Below, one piece after another: positions 9,673 through 16,864 of a stretch of DNA of 45,374 nucleotides. The stretch spans positions 1 to 45,374 of the IMG/VR virus record IMGVR_UViG_3300025112_000030. The stretch is one strand, 5' to 3'. The stretch's first letter is position 1. Every line of letters starts with the position of its first letter. The notes under the pieces were generated by a model. It was given only the letters and a program-made list of their open reading frames with translations. It had not been told where the DNA came from and did no database searches. Origin of the DNA: a virus. Taxonomy: Duplodnaviria; Caudoviricetes. Both the position numbers and the translations under genes were made by a program.

Positions 9673-10011
9673 ATGAAACTACTAAGAGATATTTCTATCG
9701 CTATATTCACATCTATCACATCATTTCTTACACCAGATCCTGAGCCTTGGTACAGGACATGGACATGGAAGAGATGTTCTACTTGTAACAGAACACTTGA
9801 TGGTCAGAGATTTCCAGACAGTCAACAGATACTTGGAACACCAGATGATCCACTATGCGAAACCAACGGTAATTGTAAGGTTGGACTCTTAAGCCCAGCC
9901 AGTTACAATCATACAAACCTTGTAACTCAAGTCGATCTTCACGAAAAAGATTGTTGTATGAGAGATCGTCCATGGTATGATTCGCATATCTGTGATAGCC
10001 TACCATTCTAA
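9673..10011 (+). CDS. Early hypothetical protein, Cys-rich
   Basis: AAGGAG SD; CSTC and further Cys/His; followed by a terminator. Confidence 0.65.
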   Translation: MKLLRDISIAIFTSITSFLTPDPEPWYRTWTWKRCSTCNRTLDGQRFPDSQQILGTPDDPLCETNGNCKVGLLSPASYNHTNLVTQVDLHEKDCCMRDRPWYDSHICDSLPF

Positions 10012-10015
10012 GATC

Positions 10016-10045
10016 AGCCCTGCTTGTCAGGGCTTTTCTTTTCTT
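10016..10045 (+). terminator. Intrinsic terminator
   Basis: AGCCCTG-CTTGT-CAGGGCT followed by TTTCTTTTCTT. Confidence 0.75.
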
Positions 10046-10069
10046 CTACACCACCGAGTAGCAACAATG

Positions 10070-10107
10070 ATCTTTCTCCTCTATTTGTGCTGGGTTAAAT
10101 CCCCCAG
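10070..10107 (+). promoter_or_regulatory. Repeated early motif, copy 2
   Basis: ATCTTTCTCCTCTATTT (17 nt identical to 10273-10289), then a CTGGG/CCCAG hairpin. Confidence 0.6.
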
Positions 10108-10110
10108 TTT

Positions 10111-10270
10111 TGAAGAAAGTAAACTTCGGTTATATAGGCTATCTGATTTCTAGATTTGGATAGACGCTGATGGTAGGTAGCTCCTACCACTTTCTTCATT
10201 ATTTTAGGCTAATCTACAGTCGCTCACATTCTTTTCAAGATTGATTATAAGCCGACTGTAGTAGAGCCTA
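10111..10270 (+). ncRNA. Candidate structured RNA: multibranch domain plus long hairpin
   Basis: TGAAGAAAGT/ACTTTCTTCA closing stem with three inner hairpins including C(UUCG)G; TAGGCT/AGCCTA plus CTACAGTCG/CGACTGTAG. Confidence 0.5.
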
Positions 10271-10272
10271 CC

Positions 10273-10304
10273 ATCTTTCTCCTCTATTTTTGGCAACTAT
10301 GCCA
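10273..10304 (+). promoter_or_regulatory. Repeated early motif, copy 3
   Basis: ATCTTTCTCCTCTATTTT-TGGCA-ACTA-TGCCA. Confidence 0.65.
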
Positions 10305-10329
10305 TTAACAATTAAACATAGGAGTAATT

Positions 10330-10554
10330 ATGTTTAAGTCACTTAAATCATTCCTCATTAACCTTGGCTGGTTCACCGTAGGTGTAACTGCCATAGCTGT
10401 TGAAGAATCTTATAAAGCAGGTAAAATCGTTGCTGATGCCGTCAAAGACGGAGATCCGCAGAAGTATGCCCGCTATCAGATCACCCGTTTAAAGTGCAGA
10501 GAACCTCTGCATAACCATCATGACGGCTGTCCAGCTTGCGATATGCCTGTCTAA
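10330..10554 (+). CDS. Early hypothetical protein with a hydrophobic N-terminus and a C-terminal Cys/His cluster
   Basis: AGGAG SD; CREPLHNHHDGCPAC. Confidence 0.7.
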   Translation: MFKSLKSFLINLGWFTVGVTAIAVEESYKAGKIVADAVKDGDPQKYARYQITRLKCREPLHNHHDGCPACDMPV

Positions 10555-10627
10555 ACCCGTAGCCTTGCCACCTATTTAGAGTCTGAATCAGACGTAGGTG
10601 CTTGGCTACACATACATGGAGTAAAAC

Positions 10628-11092
10628 ATGTACACTCAAATAACATTAAAAAATGGCTTAACAATAGCCAACTTTTCCTCACCTCATCCATTTACATTCA
10701 CAACAGGCGAAATACTGCCAGCTTGTGAACCAGAATGGTCAAAAAAGATGTCTTTAAACGTTTATGAAGAATCTACTGAACGCAGAAAAACCAATGATTA
10801 CAATCATGGTATGATAGAAACTGTCGGTCTTTGGAGCGACACTAAAATATCAGTAGGGATACCTGACGTAGTTCGTAAGAATTTACTTCTTGTACAAACT
10901 AAATTAGACATCGACATTGTCCTTGTTTCATTTATGCTTCTTAAAGCCCTGAAAGACTGTGATGTCTATTGGGGAAAGAAAGATCTAAGTAATGGAAGAT
11001 ATCACGATCACGATAATATTTGGAAATGCCGAACCATTCGCTGTGCAGATCGAATCACTAAAGAGATCTATCCAGATAGATTCTGTATTTAA
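10628..11092 (+). CDS. Early hypothetical protein
   Basis: GGAG SD; 154 aa. Confidence 0.7.
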   Translation: MYTQITLKNGLTIANFSSPHPFTFTTGEILPACEPEWSKKMSLNVYEESTERRKTNDYNHGMIETVGLWSDTKISVGIPDVVRKNLLLVQTKLDIDIVLVSFMLLKALKDCDVYWGKKDLSNGRYHDHDNIWKCRTIRCADRITKEIYPDRFCI

Positions 11093-11117
11093 TTAGCCCT
11101 TCTCTTTATTTCAGTAT

Positions 11118-11257
11118 TAGATTATCAAACACTTGTGAGTAAGCAGATGCTGAATCGAGTGAACTCTGAAGTTGACGAACTTCTTAATGCTCAAGGTAGG
11201 ATGAAATAGCAAGGTAATCTATAATCATTGGAGAGTCATACATTTGTGTGGCTCTCC
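11118..11257 (+). ncRNA. Candidate structured RNA (multiway junction) followed by a terminator-like hairpin
   Basis: TAGATTATC/GGTAATCTA stem; inner TGAGTA/TGCTCA with three hairpins; GGAGAGTCATAC/GTGTGGCTCTCC then TTTATGTTT. Confidence 0.45.
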
Positions 11258-11296
11258 TTTATGTTTAGTAATTTAATAACAACAAAGGAGTCACTC

Positions 11297-11416
11297 ATGA
11301 CCAAAGCACAAAAAAGGCTCAAACGAGCAAAAAACAAAAAAAAGAACTTAAATGTTCAACGTTCTCATCAACAATTTAAAGAAAGTCCTAAAAGACCAAA
11401 AGAAAGGAGTCAATAA
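11297..11416 (+). CDS. 39-aa Lys/Arg-rich peptide
   Basis: AAGGAG SD before the ATG at 11297; the longer track ORF from 11228 lacks an SD and runs through a hairpin. Confidence 0.6.
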   Translation: MTKAQKRLKRAKNKKKNLNVQRSHQQFKESPKRPKERSQ

Positions 11417-11754
11417 TGGACAGCAACATGGGTTTTAGCGAAAACTTAGCAGGTGATATACACTTGATAATGGCTTATTATGACCAGTTTAGACATCTTT
11501 GTAATAACAAAGAACAAGAACATGGTGATATGTTAGAAAAAATCTCCCACCTAAAATGGGAGATTGAAGATCTCGAAACAACGATAAGTGGCATGAATGA
11601 ACATTACGAAGAACTAAAAGTAAGAAAAGATCTATTCAGGGAAAAAGCAATTGACCTCGAAAAACAAATCGAGTCTATCAATGCTCGCTGGTATAATAGA
11701 CTATATGTCTTTGTCACTTCAATACGTTTTCGATCTCCAATTACTGCTAAGTAA
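11416..11754 (+). CDS. Coiled-coil hypothetical protein
   Basis: AAGGAG SD; heptad-like pattern. Confidence 0.7.
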   Translation: MDSNMGFSENLAGDIHLIMAYYDQFRHLCNNKEQEHGDMLEKISHLKWEIEDLETTISGMNEHYEELKVRKDLFREKAIDLEKQIESINARWYNRLYVFVTSIRFRSPITAK

Positions 11755-11763
11755 TATAACTGC

Positions 11764-11791
11764 CTCCTCTATTTCTGGGCATTATGCTCAG
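11764..11791 (+). promoter_or_regulatory. Repeated early motif, copy 4
   Basis: CTCCTCTATTT-CTGGGCA-TTA-TGCTCAG. Confidence 0.6.
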
Positions 11792-11796
11792 TTATA

Positions 11797-12158
11797 GGGG
11801 ATGGCTTTAAACAAGCCAATTTCCAACAAGCCCCGCAAGACTTGGTGAACGCACCGTATAGGGTAGAGACTGTATTTAACGATGCAGTCCTGCCCTACTT
11901 GAAATTGGGCAGTATGTCAGTATTAAAAAACAAGAGTAATCTTGTTTATCTCTTCTTACGAGATGGAGAAAAATACCTTTTCTACTTGGACGCTCTGGAT
12001 AGAGCGGTAAAATACACACAGATGTGCAAATGCATAATGTGCCTTGGACATGAAATGAATAGTAAACTAAAAAACACTTAGTCTCGTTTTTATCATGCTA
12101 TTATGTGGGTTGGCTAATTGCATCCGCCTTCATTTGTGAATCCCACCATACTGCTCAA
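11797..12158 (+). ncRNA. Candidate large structured ncRNA
   Basis: 12-bp long-range stem 11905-11916/12147-12158 enclosing about 8 hairpins; long hairpin at 11859-11897. Confidence 0.55.
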
Positions 12159-12171
12159 ACTTAAGAACTAC

Positions 12172-12196
12172 TTCCTCTATTTTTGGCAACTCTGCC
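12172..12196 (+). promoter_or_regulatory. Repeated early motif, copy 5
   Basis: TTCCTCTATTTT-TGGCA-ACTC-TGCCA, almost identical to copy 3. Confidence 0.65.
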
Positions 12197-12222
12197 ACTC
12201 AATCAAACAATAGGAGTTACAC

Positions 12223-12594
12223 ATGAGTAACACACTAAAAAAGATCATAGCCAAGATGCATCAAATTGCTGAAAAAGCACCTGAATTTGATCAAAACGAT
12301 CTTTGGCTTTCCAGATCAAAGGAAACTGCCAACGGCTGGGATAATCAAGCCACATCTATAGAAGTATTGTTAGATGATCCATCAGACGAATACTTTTATA
12401 ACGTCTGGTGTAACTGCACAGATGACGGCATAAAAGCCCTTGATAGTTTTGTTGAAACAGAACTTATACCAAACGGCTTGAGACTGCTTGCAGGTAAAGA
12501 TCACGGAAATGGAAAGGTAGATCCTGATACCAGAACCTTCTCAAGAGATGGTCAATCCGTTAGATATATGATTGCTAATCCGTCAGCATCATAA
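12223..12594 (+). CDS. Early hypothetical protein
   Basis: AGGAG SD; 123 aa. Confidence 0.75.
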   Translation: MSNTLKKIIAKMHQIAEKAPEFDQNDLWLSRSKETANGWDNQATSIEVLLDDPSDEYFYNVWCNCTDDGIKALDSFVETELIPNGLRLLAGKDHGNGKVDPDTRTFSRDGQSVRYMIANPSAS

Positions 12595-12655
12595 TACCAC
12601 CACTCAATCGAGCGATGAGCAGATGATAGTGTTCACAACAGATTAAGTGATAACT

Positions 12656-12688
12656 AAGCCACGTGGGACATCCTGCGTGGCTTTTTTT
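12656..12688 (+). terminator. Strong intrinsic terminator ending the early block
   Basis: AAGCCACGTGGG-ACAT-CCTGCGTGGCTT with a 7-T run. Confidence 0.8.
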
Positions 12689-12790
12689 AATTAAAAGGTG
12701 TTCGCAGGGCGAACCCAGTACGCTTAAAGCCACCAACTGCATTTACTGCAGAATTAACGTGGGGCATGAGCAACAAGCTGCAAATACCAA

Positions 12791-12819
12791 TTGACTAAAG
12801 TGCAAACAATCACTAATTT
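12791..12819 (+). promoter_or_regulatory. Sigma70-like rightward (middle?) promoter
   Basis: TTGACT-17 nt-TAATTT. Confidence 0.35.
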
Positions 12820-12958
12820 GTGCCTACAATTTATAGGGAATTATTAACAAGATAAACCATTCTTAACCTTTAATATTACTATATTTACAGCACACCAAGA
12901 AATAAAAACACTACGAGCATTATGTTCTAGTAAACACATTAAATGAGTGGCAAAAAAC

Positions 12959-12998
12959 GGGGGGCAGTTCAAGGCTAAGGACTGCCTCCTTTATTTTT
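12959..12998 (+). terminator. Terminator-like hairpin before the middle genes
   Basis: GGGGGCAGTTC/GGACTGCCTCC followed by TTTATTTTT. Confidence 0.45.
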
Positions 12999-13027
12999 GC
13001 TAACCCTCAAATAAATAGGAGTCACTA

Positions 13028-13297
13028 ATGAAGTGTAAGCACCATCCTGATGTAGTACTGGAAGTAGTAACTACAGAAGTAAAAGAAAAAGTTCCTTGGC
13101 TGGATGAACCAGTTATAACATATAGAGAAGCAGAATATTGCCCTAAATGCTGGGGTAAGCATGAAGAAGGTGAATCAATGAGACATGATCTCACTGATGA
13201 CTTCTTATGTGAAATACAACCTGAAGAACTTGATTACTGGGAATTACAAATAGATAATTACATCGAATCACAAGTCGATGAAAGGAGAGCCAAATGA
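13028..13297 (+). CDS. Hypothetical Zn-finger-like protein
   Basis: AGGAG SD; CKHH...CPKC. Confidence 0.7.
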   Translation: MKCKHHPDVVLEVVTTEVKEKVPWLDEPVITYREAEYCPKCWGKHEEGESMRHDLTDDFLCEIQPEELDYWELQIDNYIESQVDERRAK

Positions 13298-13566
13298 ATA
13301 CATTCAAAACATTAGATGAAGTAATGGGACCAGTGCTTACAGATATTAAACGCACTAGGGAAAAAGATAGACTAGAAAATCTTGAACTAGCAGTAAGCGG
13401 TGTAGAATCATGCATTAATGACATGAATGAGACATCTCAGGAGCTTGATGAATTGTGGTCAAAACTATCTACAGTTGAAATCATATTGGAACGAACTCAA
13501 AAAAGGTTCATCAACAGAATAGCAACACTTAAAAGATACATTGAAGATGTAAAGGATCTATTATGA
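13294..13566 (+). CDS. Coiled-coil hypothetical protein
   Basis: SD; ATGA coupling. Confidence 0.7.
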   Translation: MNTFKTLDEVMGPVLTDIKRTREKDRLENLELAVSGVESCINDMNETSQELDELWSKLSTVEIILERTQKRFINRIATLKRYIEDVKDLL

Positions 13567-13757
13567 TTACAGAACAAGATGTTATTAACGATAACCTAGC
13601 CATTTACTTAGAACCAGTCTTTAAAGAAGAATGGAAACGTGTAGTAAATGAGATAGCACATGAGCATGAAGTAAATCTAAAGACAGTTGAACAACTATTC
13701 TTTGCTCATCTAGCAGTTCATTTATCATTAAATAAATTCTTAGGAGATAAAGAATGA
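13563..13757 (+). CDS. Hypothetical protein
   Basis: ATGA coupling. Confidence 0.65.
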   Translation: MITEQDVINDNLAIYLEPVFKEEWKRVVNEIAHEHEVNLKTVEQLFFAHLAVHLSLNKFLGDKE

Positions 13758-14020
13758 GTACAGCACGAATATACACAGGAATAGCTAAAGTGGTAGGATT
13801 AACTGGTTATGCTATTAATCAAACCCTTAGAGCTGCAACTGCTGTATCAAGAACTGTAGCAGATCGTGTCAACAATGTCAGACGCTATAGAATAGAACTG
13901 CTTGTTGACGGAGCTACGTTAAAAACAAAAGATGACCAATCAACCAGAGATATTGTAAGAACCATAGAAAATATGGATGATTACGGTATAACTGGTGTCA
14001 TCATACATGAACAGGATTAA
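13754..14020 (+). CDS. Hypothetical protein
   Basis: AGGAG SD; ATGA coupling. Confidence 0.7.
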   Translation: MSTARIYTGIAKVVGLTGYAINQTLRAATAVSRTVADRVNNVRRYRIELLVDGATLKTKDDQSTRDIVRTIENMDDYGITGVIIHEQD

Positions 14021-14022
14021 CT

Positions 14023-14157
14023 ATGATAATATTCGAAGTAATGGGATTTATAGTTAATCTATTCATGTTTGGTGCAGGACTGTTCCTGATCATGTGTTCA
14101 ATTATGGGTTTCATATTCATATATGACACTATCGAAAGGAAAAGAAATCGTGTCTAA
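14023..14157 (+). CDS. 44-aa membrane peptide, not in the ORF track
   Basis: MIIFEVMGFIVNLFMFGAGLFLIMCSIMGFIFIYDTIERKRNRV; AGGA SD; fills the gap between genes. Confidence 0.55.
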   Translation: MIIFEVMGFIVNLFMFGAGLFLIMCSIMGFIFIYDTIERKRNRV

Positions 14158-14353
14158 ATCAGCAAGAGCACCAGATAGGCGACCTGCCATAGCCTTTGAT
14201 GAAAAAAGTGAAGTACAGGCTATATTAGACGCTTTAAACGCCTATCGCTATGAACATATAGATAGGAATAACAACAAACTCGATGAGTATTACAGAAAAC
14301 TGATAGATGTAATTGAAGACTGTATAAAACTCTTCGACAAAGAGAAAGGATAA
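14123..14353 (+). CDS. Hypothetical protein (start possibly GTG at 14150)
   Basis: Track ORF within a packed operon. Confidence 0.6.
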   Translation: MTLSKGKEIVSKSARAPDRRPAIAFDEKSEVQAILDALNAYRYEHIDRNNNKLDEYYRKLIDVIEDCIKLFDKEKG

Positions 14354-14355
14354 AC

Positions 14356-14991
14356 ATGGAACTTATATTTGCAAAACTAGATGAAATAAAAGAGAGTAAG
14401 TACAATCCTCCTGTAAGAACAAAATCAGTTAGCAGACTGATGAAGAATATAGCAGAGAATGGACTTCTCACTCCCATACTGGTTGATAACAAGTATATCA
14501 TAATTGACGGACACAGACGTAAAAAAGCTGCAGAACTTCTGGATATGAGCGAAATACCAGTTATTGTACATGATGGAACTTCTTCACGTAAATATTCTAA
14601 GCTATTTGTAGCTACAAGCCAAGACACTATGATGATTGGCGGTAGCCAATGGCTATGGATGTATACACAGGGAAGAGATATTCCTGAAAAGCATCTGTTT
14701 AGAATAAAGAAACTGGAAGAATACCTTGGACCTGAGTTTTCCAGAGGAATGTTTATGCAGTTGATTAAAAAGAATAGATCTGCATCAACATATCAGAATG
14801 TTATGGGTATGTATCGTAAGTACACAAACAAAAGAACTAAAGCTCACATGAAAGCGTTAGCATACTATCTCTTAAATGTTGATAGCTGCTTTAAGCTTAA
14901 AAATGCTTTAGTAACATTCATACCAATTAATCTACTTACTAAGTGTATAGAGCAAAAGAAGAAGATTAATGTAGTGTGGGAAACGGAATGA
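14356..14991 (+). CDS. ParB/Srx-like N-terminal domain protein
   Basis: YNP-R...LMKNIAENGLLTPILV...IIDGHRR...IPV. Confidence 0.85.
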   Translation: MELIFAKLDEIKESKYNPPVRTKSVSRLMKNIAENGLLTPILVDNKYIIIDGHRRKKAAELLDMSEIPVIVHDGTSSRKYSKLFVATSQDTMMIGGSQWLWMYTQGRDIPEKHLFRIKKLEEYLGPEFSRGMFMQLIKKNRSASTYQNVMGMYRKYTNKRTKAHMKALAYYLLNVDSCFKLKNALVTFIPINLLTKCIEQKKKINVVWETE

Positions 14992-14994
14992 TAG

Positions 14995-15309
14995 ATGTCG
15001 TATTACAATACTACAAAAGAAGAGAAAGATCTTAAAAAATATCATTCTAAAGCTGATACACAGGATCAGATGATATTAAAATACTTTCATGAGCATGTCA
15101 TAGCCTCACCATCAGAAGTATGGGTATGGTTCAGCAGTAACAATGTTGGAAATGTACCCATTACTTCTATAAGGAGAAGTATAACAGATCTAACTAATGA
15201 AGGTAAGCTTTTCAAAACCAGAAAGAAACGTAGAGGTTATTACGGCAGAGATGAATACATCTGGACAATACCAAGCTATAACTTTACAAAGGAGAATAAA
15301 AATGCCTGA
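14995..15309 (+). CDS. Putative winged-HTH DNA-binding protein
   Basis: PITSIRRSITDLTNEGKL...KRRGYYGRDEYIW. Confidence 0.6.
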   Translation: MSYYNTTKEEKDLKKYHSKADTQDQMILKYFHEHVIASPSEVWVWFSSNNVGNVPITSIRRSITDLTNEGKLFKTRKKRRGYYGRDEYIWTIPSYNFTKENKNA

Positions 15310-16315
15310 TTATGTTGATACTATGATGTATGTAGGAGAAATGCCTTGGCACAAACAAGGTGTCATGGTAAAAGATGCTCCCACCATCAAAGATGCTATA
15401 GAACTAGCAGGTCTTAACTGGGAAGTTAAGAAAGCACCTACTTATTTTAAACAAAATATAGGTAGGAACTTTCTTAGATTTTCAGGTGTTGAGAAAGAAA
15501 CTGGTCACTATGTAACATACAGAACTGACAGAAACGAGCCTCTTGGGAATGTTTCAGGACGCTACGAGATCCTGCAGAACAGAGATGCTTTTGAACCATT
15601 TGAACCTATGCTTGACATGGGATTCAGTATTGAAACTGCTGGAGCAGTTCAAAAAGGTAGAAAGATCTGGGTTCTTGCTAAAGCACCGGATCAGTACACC
15701 GTAGGTGATGATAAGATAAATCGTTACGTATTTATGTTCACATCACATGACGGCAGCACTGGCAATTGCTTTAGAGATACAATGATCCGTATTGTGTGTT
15801 ATAATACACTTGATTATGCTCTAAGTAAAAAAGGCACTTTCGAGTACAGCTTAAAACATACAAGCAGCATTAAGCAGCGTGTAATGAATCTGAAAGAAAC
15901 TATAGCTGAAAGTGAAGGTAACTTTGCTAAAGCAATAGAAAGTATGAACAGGTTTCAGGATATAGAACTTAATGATCATACATTAAATCTTTATCTGGAA
16001 ACAGTTATACCATTCTTGAAGAACAGAAACAAAGAGAGTATTCCAGAAAAAGGAATATTCGTTAGAAATACTGCAAAGCCAGTATATGATAGATTGGTAC
16101 ATCTGTATCGTAAGGGACAGGGCAATAAAGGCAAAACTCTATGGGATGCCTACAATGCCGTGACTGAATACTATACACATGACAAACAGTACAAAGACTG
16201 GGTGCAAGCTACACAATTTGGCAAGCCTTATGACTACAAAGTCACAGCTTACAAAGTAGCTGAACAGTTTTCTAACAGTTATCATACTGAAGCTGGACCT
16301 GTCTACTATTCATAA
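15302..16315 (+). CDS. DUF932-family phage/plasmid protein (TIGR03299-like)
   Basis: MMYVGEMPWH, YEILQN, ETAG, TSHDGS, RIVCYNTL, TLWDAYNAVTEY; AAGGAG SD supports a start at 15302 rather than 15197. Confidence 0.85.
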   Translation: MPDYVDTMMYVGEMPWHKQGVMVKDAPTIKDAIELAGLNWEVKKAPTYFKQNIGRNFLRFSGVEKETGHYVTYRTDRNEPLGNVSGRYEILQNRDAFEPFEPMLDMGFSIETAGAVQKGRKIWVLAKAPDQYTVGDDKINRYVFMFTSHDGSTGNCFRDTMIRIVCYNTLDYALSKKGTFEYSLKHTSSIKQRVMNLKETIAESEGNFAKAIESMNRFQDIELNDHTLNLYLETVIPFLKNRNKESIPEKGIFVRNTAKPVYDRLVHLYRKGQGNKGKTLWDAYNAVTEYYTHDKQYKDWVQATQFGKPYDYKVTAYKVAEQFSNSYHTEAGPVYYS

Positions 16316-16319
16316 CCTC

Positions 16320-16826
16320 AAAGGAAGCGGTACAGCACACACTTCATCTCTTATGGACTCCGCAAGCCTATCAGAGATCGTACTGCTTCCTTTATTTATG
16401 CAGGTGGAGTTAGAACTTAGAGGATATCCGCAAAAGCCGTGACAATGACAGCAAGGGCTACGGCACACCTGCAAAATATGGGGAGTGGTGACGAGTACTC
16501 ATACGCTGGAGAGAGAATCTGCAACCAGCAGCACTCCCCGAAAACTTATAAGAGACACTGGGACGGATTAGGCAAGAGTGATAGTCGAGACTCATCGTAA
16601 ACATGGATATTGAATTTGTCACCATGAACGTCCCAGAAGATTTTAGCTGTGGTATCATATGATATTACATAGGAAACCAGCTCGTCAACTAATGGCATGT
16701 CTTGTTAACGACTACAGGAACCAGTACGATGGTATTGCAATACCACAGCATAACTTAAGAAACCAACAAAGGTGGGGACACTAGGATGAACGCTAGTGCA
16801 CAGCTCAGTACTCCGACCTTCCCACC
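16320..16826 (+). ncRNA. Tandem array of six candidate structured RNA units (not canonical tRNAs)
   Basis: Six consecutive domains of 56-104 nt, each closed by an 8-14 bp stem and separated by A/T-rich linkers. Confidence 0.55.
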
Positions 16827-16864
16827 CTACGGTTTAAATAACAAAACAGAAAGGAAATAAATAC

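Noticed and set aside
10166-10198. Hammerhead ribozyme (CTGATG followed by a stem)
   Set aside because: The core reads CUGAUGG rather than CUGANGA, and no GAAA follows the stem.
11842-12081. 79-aa track ORF
   Set aside because: Non-ATG start with no SD, lying wholly within a densely paired region; more likely incidental.
11797-12150. tmRNA (GGGG start, CCACCA near the end)
   Set aside because: No T-arm or acceptor pairing between these ends and no tag ORF ending in AA.
16458-16658. 66-aa minus-strand track ORF
   Set aside because: Antisense to the operon, no SD, overlaps the structured array.
16320-16826. tRNA gene cluster or CRISPR array
   Set aside because: No TTCRA T-loops, canonical anticodon arms or CCA ends; the units share no repeated sequence; no cas genes.
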